This document shows, in pieces, positions 11,371-24,639 of a stretch of 44,971 nucleotides of DNA. Under the pieces are notes generated by a model. It had not been told where the DNA came from. It was given only the letters and a program-made list of their open reading frames with translations, and ran no database searches. This stretch comes from Octopus bimaculoides (Eukaryota): the NCBI RefSeq assembly GCF_001194135.2, contig NC_068982.1, positions 16,492,270 to 16,537,240 on the forward strand, written 5' to 3'. A program made the position numbers and the translations under genes. The stretch's first letter is position 1. Each line of letters opens with the position of its first letter.

Positions 11371-11460
11371 TGTAAAGAATAAAAGGTGTTGAATGGTACA
11401 ACAGTGCTCTATAATACAAACAATAGGCTATATACCTGTTGTAATTTAGTCATCCATAGT

Positions 11461-11504
11461 CTGATAATATTTCGGAATAAAATTCCTTCTTCAGATATTA
11501 TTAG
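11461..11504 (-). ncRNA. Hammerhead-like motif apparently lacking stem III (probable PLE terminal-repeat fragment)
   Basis: Minus strand reads CTAATAATAT-CTGAAGA-A-GGAAT-TTT-ATTCC-GAA-ATATTATCAG. The core, a perfect stem II and 9/10 complementary stem I arms are present, but there is no separate stem III or cleavage triplet. Confidence 0.5.
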
Positions 11505-11521
11505 AGGGAGTCGTTACTATT

Positions 11522-14500
11522 ATCGGTTTTCCAAGCAGTGCTGTTTTCTACAAGTGCCCCACCCTTATTGCTGCTCCTATCTGTTCCATGTACTTCTCGA
11601 GATTTTTGCTTACTGTTCCCAAGGCTCCGACAACCATTGGTACCAGTACCACCTTTTTCATCGACCAGAACTACTTTACCTCCCAAGCTAACCTGTCATA
11701 CCTATCGACTTTTCTTTCTTCCTTATCGCATACCTGGTTGTCAGCTGAGCATTCTATGTCTATGATCCAGCATAGTTTGTTTTCTTTCTCAATTAAGACT
11801 ATGTCCTATTATCAATCTCATGGTCGCACTGAATCATAAAATCTCATAGGATCTTTGCATTTCTATTTTCGACAATGTCTTCAGGTTTGTGGTCGTACTA
11901 ATTTTTTAGTCTGTCAAGTCCATACTTGTTGCAAAGTGTCCAATGGACAAGCCTGGCTATATTGTCGTGGTGTCTCTTATATTCCTTCTGGGATAATGGC
12001 ATACATTGGCTGGTAATATGCCATACGGTTTCATCGTTTTGTCCACAGAATCTGCACTTATCATTTTCTGCTGTGTTGTCTATTCTGAATTTTATGTAGT
12101 TTGTTCTTAGTGCTTGCTCTTGGGCAGCACAGATTAGAGCCTCCGTTTCCGGTTTTAAATCCCTTTTAGTCATCCACAGCCATCTTTTTTCTCTGTCTGT
12201 CTTATCTTCAACATCCCTGTGAAATCGACCATGAATTCTTTTCTTTACCCACCTATTTTCAGTTTCATTCGTTTTCAATTTCTTGTATAGTACTTTATCT
12301 TTGCAATCTTTCATCCTACACAAACCTGACCTTCTTACTTCTAATAATAGCAGTTCTGTGGCATTTTTTTACATACCATGCTATGTTGTTTTCTCCTGCT
12401 CTAATGCTGTGTTCGCATCCAATAATCTTCTTTCCCCTCTCTTTCTTTGTACATACAGTCTGTCTGTGTCACGTTTTGGGTGGAGTGACTCATATCTAGT
12501 TAGCAACTTCCTTTCTTTCTGTTTAAGCTGTTTAGTTCGTCTACTGTCCATGCGATCACCCCTGCTCCATATCTAAGGAGTGAAACCGCCCAGGTGTTGA
12601 TAGTATCGATCTTATTCTGTTCGTTTGATTTCGACTTAAGAATCAGTCTCAGTCTGCGTAAGTACTCTACCTTAATTTTTTTTGTCATTTCTTTCTCCAT
12701 TAATTTATCTATTTCCAAAATTCTCAAGTACTTATAGCCCGTTTTTACTATCTGCTCCATAGACTACCCCGACGGTAACGTTAGTCCGTTCATACATTTG
12801 ATTTTGCTTCTCTTCAGACTAACACACCACACTTTCTCAGTCCGAACTCTATTCTGATATCATCACTGAAGGGATACACCGTATCAACGACGGAGCTGAC
12901 TTGGGCTTCATCTTTACCATAAAGTTTGAGGTCATCTCTGAATAACAAATGGTTGACTTTTTGTTGGCAGCTTTTGAATACATACACAGCTTTTGCTTTC
13001 CTCAGAATCAGTGTCAGTGGTATCAAGCACAGTACAAAGATCAGTGGGGACAGGCAGTCCCCTTGGAAGATGCTTCTCTTGATTTCTACTGTCCCTAAAC
13101 TTCTTTCGTATGCTGCTAGGTCCGTCCTCCAATACGCCATATTATTTCCAAGCAGTCGCTCAACATTTGATGCAATCCCAAACAGGTTCATACACTCTAT
13201 AATCCAAGAATGTGGGGATCATATCGTACTCCTTACGATAGTCGATCCATGACATGGCTAAGTTACTTTTCCTCCTCTTGAAGTCTCTGAGTACAGTTTT
13301 ATCTATCAGGAGTTGACCCTTGGTACCTCTGCACTTACGCTTGAAACCCTTCTGCTCATGTGGCAGGACTCAATTTTTTTCTAGACGTTCGTACATTGAC
13401 TCTGCAAGTATTCCAGTCAATAATTTCCACATAAGTGACAAACAGGATATCGGCCTGTAATTGTCTACTGTATTGCCTTTTTCGATGTTTTTCAAGCACA
13501 ACACTGTCTTACCCAATGTCAACCACTCTGGTGTTGCTTGATCGGCATTTAACAAGGTGTTGAGTAGTGCAGCTATTCGTGCATGACATTTACCAAATCT
13601 TTTGATCCAGTGGCCTTGAACCCCATCTGGTCCTGGGGACTACCAGTTGCTCATTTTTTTTCTGATTTCCTTCACTTCCCTAACTGAAATGACTAGTTCT
13701 GCCTGTTTTGGACAGACTACTTTTTGTTTCAGTTCTTGCAACCATTCAGTATCCTTCTTGTGTTCCTTCTCTTTGCTCCAGATGTCAATCCAAAACATTT
13801 GACTTTCAATGTTATCTGGTATCAACTTTTCATCTGTACATTCTCAATTTATTTCTTTATAGAATCTCTTCTGATCTACTTTGAATAACCTATTCTGATG
13901 GTATCCCTTCATTCTTTGGTCGTATCTTACCATCTTTGCATTCTCTGCAATGAGGCGCTGTTTCAGTTCCTCTACTACTACTTTCAGGCCCTTTCTTTCA
14001 ATATTATACTTCCTTTTCTGTGCCCTGTATTTTTGTTCGCTTTTAAGCTCTCCTTGCTCTTTTCGGTCTAACACAGAGATTTCCTTCGAGAGCATATTTA
14101 ATCCTGCCTATAAGTATTTTCATTCTTATCTATGCTGCTATTTTCCATGACTCGTCTTTTGATAGCGTCGAGCTCTACTTCTGTGAACCGACAATTTTTT
14201 CTTACTGCTCTAGCTTGATCACATAGTCTCTGTTCCGTGAGTTGAAACAATTCCTTTTTTCTCCAATGATCATACATACGTTGTCGGTAACCTCTAATTT
14301 GAGCACCAATTTCATCTACCGGGTTGCTCAGGTAGTAACACTCCATGACCACAGCATTAATTTGTTTGCTCCATCTACGCCGTGTGTGGTGGTCCCTTTC
14401 TGGATATCGACAGGCTGGAGCCGGACCAGAATCTCTGAGCCTACCGAGTGTAACACTGTCACCATCATTGGCTTCAGTTCCATTACCACCGTTATTCACA
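11522..14500 (-). mobile_element. Near full-length but disrupted R4/Dong-like RLE non-LTR retrotransposon
   Basis: Ordered ORF fragments: N-terminal RRRWSKQINAVVMECYYLS...EQRLCDQARAV; RT motifs NYRPISCLSLMWKLL, IFQGDCLSPLIF and HLLFRDDLKLY; CCHC CRFCGQNDETVWHITSQC-KRHHDNIARLVHW; RLE region ...KKVVLVPMVVGALG. Many stops and frameshifts. Confidence 0.92.
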
Positions 14501-14516
14501 ATATTATTATTATTGT

Positions 14517-14912
14517 TCAGTAGTTTTATTTTATAACGTGCTTTCACTTCACTACCGAGCGCAGATCTGTGCGCCATGGGTATGTGCTGTGGTTTGCTGT
14601 GGTGCTCTTATGTTTACTGTATTGAAAGTGTTTTGCGTAGAATGTGTGCAGTACCCAGTAGTGCAATTTTCTGTATGTTATCTATATTTGTAAGTCCTGG
14701 TGTTTTTGTTATGTATTTGTCTGAATATTTTTTTATTATACCTAAGGCACCTACTATGATAGGAATTGTTTCTGTTTTTAGACTCCACATTCGAGTTATC
14801 TCTATTTTCAGGTCTTTGTATTTTGAAAGTTTTTCCATTTCTTTTAGAGAAACGTTGTCATCTGCTGGTATTGATACATCAATTAGAAAGCATTTTTTTT
14901 CTTCATGATCTT
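14517..14912 (-). mobile_element. 3' end of a second R4/Dong-like family copy (RLE, 3' UTR and short AAT tail)
   Basis: KLSKYKDLKIEITRMWSLKTETIPIIVGALG...IQKIALLGTAHILRKTLSIQ*, then a 3' UTR ending in AATAATAATAAT. Same family as 1-230. Confidence 0.9.
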
Positions 14913-15411
14913 TNNNNNNNNNNNNNNNNNNNNNNNNNNNNNNNNNNNNNNNNNNNNNNNNNNNNNNNNNNNNNNNNNNNNNNNNNNNNNNNNNNNNNNN
15001 NNNNNNNNNNNNNNNNNNNNNNNNNNNNNNNNNNNNNNNNNNNNNNNNNNNNNNNNNNNNNNNNNNNNNNNNNNNNNNNNNNNNNNNNNNNNNNNNNNNN
15101 NNNNNNNNNNNNNNNNNNNNNNNNNNNNNNNNNNNNNNNNNNNNNNNNNNNNNNNNNNNNNNNNNNNNNNNNNNNNNNNNNNNNNNNNNNNNNNNNNNNN
15201 NNNNNNNNNNNNNNNNNNNNNNNNNNNNNNNNNNNNNNNNNNNNNNNNNNNNNNNNNNNNNNNNNNNNNNNNNNNNNNNNNNNNNNNNNNNNNNNNNNNN
15301 NNNNNNNNNNNNNNNNNNNNNNNNNNNNNNNNNNNNNNNNNNNNNNNNNNNNNNNNNNNNNNNNNNNNNNNNNNNNNNNNNNNNNNNNNNNNNNNNNNNN
15401 NNNNNNNNNNN

Positions 15412-15447
15412 NTATTATTATTATTATTATCATCATCATCATCATCA

Positions 15448-15512
<65 letters not shown>
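15412..15512. repeat. (ATT)n/(CAT)n array at the 3' side of the upstream LINE copy
   Basis: Direct inspection of the sequence. Confidence 0.9.
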
Positions 15513-15514
<2 letters not shown>

Positions 15515-15539
15515 CTATATATTTTTTTATTATTTACTT

Positions 15540-16130
15540 TGAATTTGCATGTTTGTTACAATCACTTGCCGAGATATACCCAGCGTTTTAGGGGGAGCGA
15601 AGGATAAGAGATGTTAAATCATGACTGAAAGTTTGGGGTGGGGAAGTGTAGGGGCAGTAGCGAAATATTCATGTAATACAACACAGACATTTAAATTGAT
15701 AGGGTTTTTAAAAGGATGTGGGCAGTACTTGTCAGCACAATCTTTTGGATTTCTCTGAGACATGGTTCTCCTGGGATCTTATCTATATGTTTCTGACATC
15801 CCTTTCTTATCATACATAGGGCACCCACAATAACAGGAACAGTTCTCGCTTTAAGGTGCGACATCTTTTGTATTTCAATTTCCAGGTCTTTATACTTACT
15901 TAATTTGTCAAATTCCTTTACAGATATATTTTTATCAGTGGGAACACTTACGTCTATTAGTCTTCAATCATTTTCCTCCCTGTCTTTAATGACTATGTCT
16001 GGTTAATTATCCTGGATCGTTCTGTCGGTCTTGACTGGAAAATCCCAGAGTTTGAAGTTCAAGTTGGTATTATAAGTAGGGTGCCATAATTTTGGTTTTG
16101 CACAGAGTATTGTCAAAACATAAGATTATA
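15540..16130 (-). mobile_element. 3' end of a third R4/Dong-like copy
   Basis: Minus-strand translation KEFDKLSKYKDLEIEIQKMSHLKARTVPVIVGAL...EIQKIVLTSTAHILLKTLSI*, preceded by WDFPVKTDRTI...PDIVIKD. Confidence 0.85.
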
Positions 16131-16139
16131 AGATGACAG

Positions 16140-16440
16140 TGTGGTCTTAAGATGACAGTAAAATGTGTTTGCTATTAGAGCATCGGGCTCATAATCTTGA
16201 GGCAGTGAGTTTGGTTCTTGGACTGGACTGTGTGTTGTGTTCTCGAGCAAGACACTTTATTTCACGTTGCTCCAGTTCACTCAGCTATAGAAATGAGTTG
16301 CGACGTCACTGGTGCCAAGCTATATTGGCCATTGCCTTTCCATTAGATGACATCACTGGCGTGGAGAGCGGGGGCTGGTACGCATGGGCGACTTGTGTCT
16401 AGGAGGGGAACTATCTCGGTGCAATCCCATGTTCTTTCAT
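16140..16440 (+). mobile_element. tRNA-derived SINE
   Basis: Diverged tRNA-like head, then TTGTGTTCTCGAGCAAGACACTTTATTTCACGTTGCTCCAGTTCACTCAGCT, shared with 3436-3580. Confidence 0.75.
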
Positions 16441-16444
16441 GACC

Positions 16445-18005
16445 GAAGGAGCTCTTTACCTTCTTTACATTCAAGAGTACTTTGACAATGGTTACAGATT
16501 AAAATGTTTTTGGGACTACATAGACGATATTTTTCGAAGGATATGAGCAGTATCCATGTGCACTATTTTTTGAATTTCTTCCATTTTTAGATTTCCTGGT
16601 ATCTGGGATAGGTAGCAATCATTCCCTTTTGCTATCATTCATAGGGCACTTATGACAACAATCTTTGTTCTAGTCTTGAGATTCCACATTTTGACAATTT
16701 TTATTTTTATATTTGCTCAGTTTTTGATAGGTATTGACAGATATATTTATGTCGATTGGGACAATCATATCGATAAGGAAACATAACTTTTGTGTGAAAT
16801 CCTTGAATATAACACTCGGCCTATTTGCATCTATTTTCTGTCAGTTGGAATCGTAAAGTTGCAAAGGAGTGAGATGTGGCCATTTTCAAGCACTGAAGGG
16901 TTTCATTTTGCTATTTACTTACACGACTTTTTGGGCAGCTGCCTTTCTCTAAAATGTTGGTTTGGTTGCTTCTCGTAGGTAGGCATTTATCTTGGACTGC
17001 TATGTTAAACCCTTCTGTCTCTGATTTTAAGCCAGAAGACACTAACCATTGATGGGTAAGGGCTTTGTCAACATCGGCATTATTATCTCTCTTTGGATAT
17101 TTGCCATTGAGAGGTTTTTCTTGCCAATTATCAGTAAGATTATCTACAGCAAGCAGTTTTAGCAAGGGTTCTTATATGCTTAGTTTTTTTCTGTGCTTGA
17201 TTTCAGTACGTTTGATTCTGGGATTTGTTGTATTTGGGATTCACTTAGATATTTCCTTGCCTGTTTTGTTAATGAGTATGCGGTTTTCTTGTTAAGATGA
17301 GTTTTAGCATCCACTCATCAGAGATTTTCAGGTATGTATTTAGGCCAATTGTGCCAATCTTCAGTGTCAATTCAAGTTGTAAGAGTGCAGAGCCACGCTC
17401 TTTTCTTGACAAATAAAGTCGTTCTACACCAGCCTTAGGGTGGTGCATTCTATTCATTGTCACAAATTTTCGTATTTTTCTCTCAAACTTACAAATTCCA
17501 ATAGGTGACCAGTTAATAATAATAAAACTGTAAGTCACGACCGGTATGGCTAAAGTATTAATCGCTTCGATCCTGTTTCTTGCGTTTATCTCTGTCTTGA
17601 GTATTGCCCTTACTCTACGATAATATTCTTTTCTGATCTTTTCCCTGTCATTGAATGTTTGATATCATCATCTTCATGCATCCTTAAGTATTTGTAACAC
17701 TCCTCAGGTTCTAACGCCTTTCTAACATTCTGCTGGTCAAGTTTAACGTTAGATATTTCTACATTTTTCCTCTGAAAAAGGTAGCTTTTAAGCATTTATC
17801 TAGGCCTAATTTCATCCTGATGTCATCACTGAACTGTTTTACAATTGCTAGTAAGCTCTGTAGATACCGGCCATTTTTTGCAACGAGCTTTAGATCATTC
17901 CTCTCCCAGTGTTTAGTTCCACACACTGTCTTTTGTGTGTTTGAGTAGTCGTTCCAGTCACCAGAAGTATTAAAAAGTGGAACATTCTCAGAAACTCTTC
18001 CAGAC
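16445..18005 (-). mobile_element. Degraded R4/Dong-like copy (RT C-terminal half, thumb, CCHC region, RLE)
   Basis: FSDDIRMKLGLDKC, ECYKYLRMHE, MNRMHHPKAGVERLYLSRKERG, LKSETEGFNIAVQD, and a second RLE tail EEIQKIVHMDTAHILRK. Confidence 0.85.
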
Positions 18006-18925
18006 ATCTGAAGATATCCTGACGCCTTACACCTTTAGATGAATATAAGCTAACAATCTGACAGTAGAGCCTTTACTGCTGGACAAGTCGAGAACTCCCT
18101 AACTACAATCCGTGTCTAGGAAGCAGTATCTACATCGAGACGCAGACAGTTCAGAAACAGCACTACCTATTTTCCTCCCAATATTGGCCGATTAAGAAAT
18201 GCATATATATCGTAGCTGTCAAAAAATGTGCTTATATATATGACATTTGTTCATATAATATTGATTTGAACTTCGCCAGAAGAAGAAATGTAAGAGCGAT
18301 CACCTACGTAGAACTTGTTGAAGAGCGGGTGGTCCTATATTCATTATGGGTACAACTGCATAAAATGGTCTATTTATGCCCTTTTTTATTAAGTATTTGA
18401 GTAAAATGCCTGGTATTTACTGAGAATATTTTTCCAATTACATTTTGTAGACGTTTGGTGATATTTTTAATATTATTTCAAGGAATGGTATTTAGCTTCA
18501 AGTTCTAAAATCCTCTTCCTTGCGTTTGTATGTCTTACTCTGATTTATATGTAACCCGTCAAATCATTCAACCAAAGTAACGCTGATGGAGAATGCGATT
18601 TGTGTAGTAACATCGCGCTGTTTTTGTGAGTTGCATTTGTTGCTTGTGTCGATAGCTAGTGATGCGTTCGGCGTTTTTCTATTGTTTGCATTTCGTGGTT
18701 GTCTTCGTTGTGTATCGAGATGTTGTTGTTGCTGGTGGTGATGGTTTTGGTTGTACTAGTAGTGGTGTTGGTGGTAGCGTTGTTGCTTCTTAAGTAGCTT
18801 TTGTAGTAGTGGTCTTTTGGCTGTTATTTGTAGTGGTGTGCGTAAATGATTGATTGAGAGTAGGATTAGCAATTCTCTATACTTCCTAGAGTTTTGGGTG
18901 GAACATCTTGCACGATAGTTTCCTA

Positions 18926-19695
18926 GGCGCAGGAGTGGCTGTGTGGTAAGTAACTTTCTTACCAGCCACATGGTTCCGGGTTCATTCCCACTGCGTGACA
19001 CCTTGGGCAAGTGTCTTCTACTATAGCCTCGGGTCGACCAAAGCCTTGTGGGTGGATTTGGTAGACGGAAACCGAATGAAGCCCGTTGTATATATGTATA
19101 TATATATANNNNNNNNNNNNNNNNNNNNNNNNNNNNNNNNNNNNNNNNNNNNNNNNNNNNNNNNNNNNNNNNNNNNNNNNNNNNNNNNNNNNNNNNNNNN
19201 NNNNNNNNNNNNNNNNNNNNNNNNNNNNNNNNNNNNNNNNNNNNNNNNNNNNNNNNNNNNNNNNNNNNNNNNNNNNNNNNNNNNNNNNNNNNNNNNNNNN
19301 NNNNNNNNNNNNNNNNNNNNNNNNNNNNNNNNNNNNNNNNNNNNNNNNNNNNNNNNNNNNNNNNNNNNNNNNNNNNNNNNNNNNNNNNNNNNNNNNNNNN
19401 NNNNNNNNNNNNNNNNNNNNNNNNNNNNNNNNNNNNNNNNNNNNNNNNNNNNNNNNNNNNNNNNNNNAGATATATGTATGTGTGTGTATATGTTTGTGTG
19501 TTTGTGTTTGTCCCCCCAACATCGCTTGACAACCGATGCTGGTGTGTTTACGTCCCCATAACTTAGCGGTTATGGAAGCCTAGAATAAGTACTAGGCTTC
19601 CAAAGAATAAGTCCTGGAGTCGATTTGCTCGACTAAAGGCGGTGCTCCAGCATGGCCGCAGTCAAATGACTGAAACAAGTAAAAGAGTAAGAAAA
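18926..19695 (+). mobile_element. Long tRNA-derived SINE with an internal (TA/TG)n tract spanning an N gap
   Basis: Head GGCGCAGGAGTGGCTGTGTGGTAAG...GGTTCCGGGTTCATTCCC. The 3' body ...GGCGGTGCTCCAGCATGGCCGCAGTCAAATGACTGAAACAAGTAAAAG matches the reverse complement of 37080-37270. Confidence 0.8.
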
Positions 19696-19959
19696 GAGAG
19701 AGTAAACGGAAGAGCTGTAGGATGGAATAAACAGAACTATATCTGTCTATGATTTGGCGTATATATTTATGTGTTGCTGTGGGAGAGGGCAAAAGTAGGT
19801 GACCATTTCAAGATTTCTGGTGGTGCTTTTGTCTGCATGAAATATTCCGTTTTTGATTTGTTGAGTCTGCTGCTTGGGGTACCACTGCTTTTTGCTTTTG
19901 CCTTCGTAGCTTCCATTGCTGATTTGTTATTGTAGTTTTGTTGCAACTATTATGGTTAC

Positions 19960-20150
19960 ATACTTTTCTTGGTATTGTACAGCATTTTAGATGCTGGAAA
20001 CTGCGAGAGTTTCATACTTTCACCTTCTATTGTGTACAAAAGTCTCTCAGGTGTATAGCGTCACCATATATACGACATCTGGGTTTTCTGCAGTCCACTG
20101 TGATGTGGAGTTATTCCCTATTTGAGGGTTTTGCCTAATAAAATCTACAC
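19960..20150 (-). mobile_element. Degraded Tx1/L1-like ORF1 fragment (zinc knuckle)
   Basis: Minus-strand translation HITVDCRKPRCRIYGDAIHLRDFC, a C-x2-(C>Y)-x4-H-x4-C knuckle in the same context as IRVSVEGRRPRCFKC at 32.7 kb. Confidence 0.55.
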
Positions 20151-22157
20151 TCTTGTTCTGGACCAATTCTCCTGCCTTTACCTTATTACACCCAGGAGAG
20201 TGCCACTAATCTCCAGGTCTACCTACACCACATCCCACCAGTTTTTAATTTCTGGTGACGCATGAGACATCTGTACTCTCAATATCCACCTTTCCAATTA
20301 AGTGGGAATGAGGATAAATTCTTCAATGCTACAGGAAAAAACAGAATGCTTTATTGTGAAGCTCTCCTGTAAAAATTGAACTTCGGCGGCGCCGAACTGT
20401 CGGACTCAGGTGATGAAGTCTATGTATGTCACTATTTCTCGCGAACACCTTTCCACGAGAGCGTGTATGGCTATTTTCACGAGTAGATTTTTAATCGACT
20501 CACATCTGTAGACTATTGCTCATCTCGCAGTTTTATTTTCCAAAAGTACTAACGTAGCTCTTTGTTTGCAAATTTTCGCTAACTATTCGCTACGTTGGTC
20601 GGCTATAGAAACCAAAATAATATATTTGGACGCTCCTGCAAAGGCTTTGCTCTTTTTGATGGCACTGCAAATGCTTTAGGCAGTCACATTCTTAGCAGAG
20701 GTGGTGGCGGTTAACAACAATACTAGTAGTAACAAATCTTGACTCGTGAAGCAGTGATGACTGTGTTAGTTTCCTTGTCGCTATACATCACTTTATAATT
20801 ACTGTTGTATTGGTACTTTTTAGATATCTTTTCCCATTAAAAAACTGCCATTAAAAAATTAGGTTATCTCCCCGCTAAAAAATCGAGTTAATATGGCGAC
20901 AACAGATTGGATTGAAAGAGTTAGGTCTTTTTGATTCAATACTTCAACACATTGTTGACGTTTGGCCTCCTCAATAGGAATGGTATTGCAGCAAGTCATA
21001 AAGAGCGGTAATATGACGTAATGGTCGATTGCCCGAACAAGCGTTGGTAATGCCATTGGTTAAAATTACTGCCCATATACGAATTCTAGACTTTCGTCAA
21101 AGAAATCTTTCACGAAATACGGCTCTTAGAATTCGGATATGAGTAGTTATAAAATCCCTGATGTTTGGCAAATTACTCAGTGATCGTAGGATGTTACTAA
21201 ACTCCACGACACTCACTCATTGAGATATTGGCTATTTTTTTATGCCATGTCTATGATAAAAATCCAACAAGACTTATTTGAATTGTTGTGAACTCTAGTA
21301 GTTAGTATGAAGGATTAGCTAGTGTGAATTTTAAGTCGTAATTCTCTACGACAAATTGACTTTACTTTCCAATTGTAATATAAATGCTAAATGTACATAA
21401 ATAAAATAATGTTGTAATGATTTTCTCTTTCTTTACGTTCTTCAACTTGTTAATGAAATTTATTACTGCAATTATGAAACTGTATTTTTATAGTGGTTAA
21501 AAGAACACGAATTTATTTATCTTCAACTTACATGCACGCATAAAATGTCCGTTTCAGAGTAAATATTTCTCGCTATGGTGTTTATGTAACTGGAGTCAGG
21601 ATTTATGTATAATGATAACACTTACAAGTAATTTATAATTGACGTGTTTATCAATATATATTCCTACTTGGAAAGTAAAATATATTCATTATCTATTTCC
21701 AAATAGGAAACATATGAAAGAAGTGTTGCACAAACAATAACCAAACCGGCTATAAAAGTATGATTTATTATAAAAATATTATCAGGTTCAATAAAATATT
21801 TTCACTTTGTATGTTTATTAACTCTTTTCATTTTCTTTTTGTTTTAATTTATTGAGGGTTTGAAGGAGATAACCAAAAGAATCGATATTTCTCGTAAAAC
21901 GGGGGGAGATAACCCAATTTTAATGGGGGTGAAATAACCAAGCAGTACCGTTGTATTTTCTGTAGTTCTTGTTACCACTAACTACTACGTCGGTGGTGAT
22001 GGTCCTACTAGGGCTCTCCATTTTGCTTTTTCTGATGTTATAACTGCCGTTGTTAATGTTGGTGTTTTTGCTGTTGACACCACGACTCGTAGCAGTAGTG
22101 GTGGTGAAGTTCAACAGATTTTGGTCATTGTTGTCCTTGTTTGGCACGTCGTCGACA

Positions 22158-22199
<42 letters not shown>

Positions 22200-22202
<3 letters not shown>

Positions 22203-22830
22203 GGCTAAAAGCAGAGAGGCTTCATCTTAGCTTCTAAAGATCAAAGAATATTGACTTGGAACTACCAAGCCAATGTGATGAAAAATGGAGTTGATCCAAA
22301 GTACCGAGTCTGTAATGAGACTGAAAAAGTAGACCACCTAAGCTTTGGATGTAAAGTTTTAGCATTAGTACAGTATAAATCAAGACATGACAGAGTTGGC
22401 CAATATCTATACTGGTTAATATGTGGCCACTATAAAATTAAACTCGTTGACAAGAGGTATGAACATTACCCCGAGGAAAGAAATATAACGATTTTTTAAA
22501 ACTTGCTTGTTTCACCGAGAGAACCACCAAAGCTAATATACTGGATATTGTTGTTAGAGACCGAAATAATAAAATTTGTTATTGTTTGACATGAGTATCC
22601 CTTGTGATCATAATATTACGGCAAAAGAATTTGATAAGCTCAGAAAATATAATGGTTTGCTCACTGGAATTGAAACAAATGTGACATTTCAAGGCGGCTA
22701 CAATAATAGTGATTATAGTAGCACTAGGAATGATCAAACAAGGAAGTGAAAATTACTGGAGAATGCTACCTAGCTTACCACATCTGCAAGAAATGTGAAG
22801 TACGTCACACGTATTGCGAAGGGCATTTTC
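22200..22830 (+). mobile_element. 5'-truncated R4/Dong-like fragment, starting right after a (TAG)n array
   Basis: NYQANVMKNGVDPKYRVCNETEKVDHLSFGCKVLALVQYKSRHDRVGQYLYW, followed by degraded PDIVV/RLE sequence. Confidence 0.8.
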
Positions 22831-24639
22831 TCTGTTTGAACGACAATCTCCCATGTATATTTTTTTTCTACATAGCTTTATTTGATCTTGTAAATGAACA
22901 ATCTGGTGTGTTTATTTTAATGGCTTATCAATGTAGACAGTATGACCTAGGCGTCAGAAAGATAGTCGGCAAGAAATGGAAACAAAGCTGAAAGAAGAAG
23001 GAAAGAAAATAATAATTTTAATAAAGGTACAAGTCTTTACTGAAAATCCTGACGCATACAAAAGCACAACATAATTTTTGGTAAAGAAAATAATGTTTTA
23101 TTTCATTGAATGTTAATTACATATAATATAGAAGTTAATTTATTGTTGTGTTTACAAATATTAAACAGTCATTATTTTGTTAAAAAATGAATTAGTTGAA
23201 ATACAAAATCATCTTTATGAGAGGAACTACTTTCAGATGTTTTAAAAACAAATAGCATACGCGAAATTTCAATATACAAATTGCAAATGAAATTAAAATG
23301 CAATAATTTGTATGTTTGTTGTGAATTCTACTTCCTGTTCTTTGACATGATCAGAAGAAATATTAGTGATCCAAATATTTTTGAATAAAAGCAATGAGAA
23401 TTGTTCCTCAACATTTGTGGTTAATAATTGAATGCAGTTTTCCTTAATAATCATCATAACAATCATTGCGTAAGATGGCAGAATCGTTAGTTCACCGGAC
23501 AAAATGTTTAGTGGCACTGAAAATGAAATTAAAATATAATCATTTGTACGTTTGTTGCGAACTCCACTTCCTATTCTGTGGCATGATTAGATGAAATATT
23601 AAAACCAATATCAAACAAACTATTGATAGAAGAAAGTAAAGAGATATATTCCTGTACATTCATAGTCAATGTTTGAATGTAATTTTCACTACTAACCATT
23701 GTAACTACCCTTGGTGGATAAAAAAAAAATTAGGACGTTGGCGTTGCCTTGGCAGAGGTTTGCGCTCTCTGAGTGCACTTGTTATGAATGTATTTGTGTA
23801 ACTTGGTTTTCTATTCGTGAGTGTAATTAATGACTAGTTCATGTTAAAATGAGTCAGGTGGGTGTTTAACAGTCAAATAAATGATTTAAGGCAATGTATT
23901 GAAAAACAAAGAAAGAGTTTTAAAATGTTTTGCATGACAATTATGTTTGAAAATAATTTTAAAATTTAATTATTCATGAGAATACGATAAAGAATATTCA
24001 AGTAAAATGTGTACAATATCACCTAATGCTTTAGTGAATGATTGAAATGGACAGAAGGAATGGCACAAATGGTGCAGAATAATCTGTAAACCCTCATAGC
24101 TTATTGGCTGGAGCCATTAGGCTGAGGACGTAGAGTTCACCGATCAGAATGTATATCATTATTCAATATTTAGAATTATATTATTTATTATGCAATGTAT
24201 CTATCATATGTTGATACAAGTTCTCAATATATTTAAATGTTTTTCTAGGACTATCTTATAGGATTGGAATTAAACATGAAAAAAAGGAAAGAAACAAACG
24301 AGAGAAAAAATGAAAAGGCTTTATTTACTATGAATCTACTAAAATTTCTAAAGCTTTTTTCTAGCTATCGGCAAGATTATTATATACTATATAAGTAATG
24401 TAAATTGAGTAATGCTTACAGTTATTATTTGTTCTCTTTTTATGACGTAGTTCCTACTATTATCACAATAAGGAAAATAACAATACCAAGAAAAATTGAT
24501 ATTTTGATGAACCTTTTTGCTTTAGCGTTAGCCTCCAGCGCGTCTTCTCTCCCTCCATTTTCGGCCAATGCATTTGCCTAGAAGATAAAATGGAAGTTTA
24601 CATTTAAAGCATGCAAATAATACTCAACAACACCAAATA

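Noticed and set aside
18300-18900. T/N-rich minus-strand coding-like tract as another PLE
   Set aside because: No RT or GIY-YIG motif could be read with confidence, so it is left unassigned.
20859-21056. 65-aa minus-strand ORF as a host exon or viral fragment
   Set aside because: No recognisable family motif and no convincing splice-site pair.
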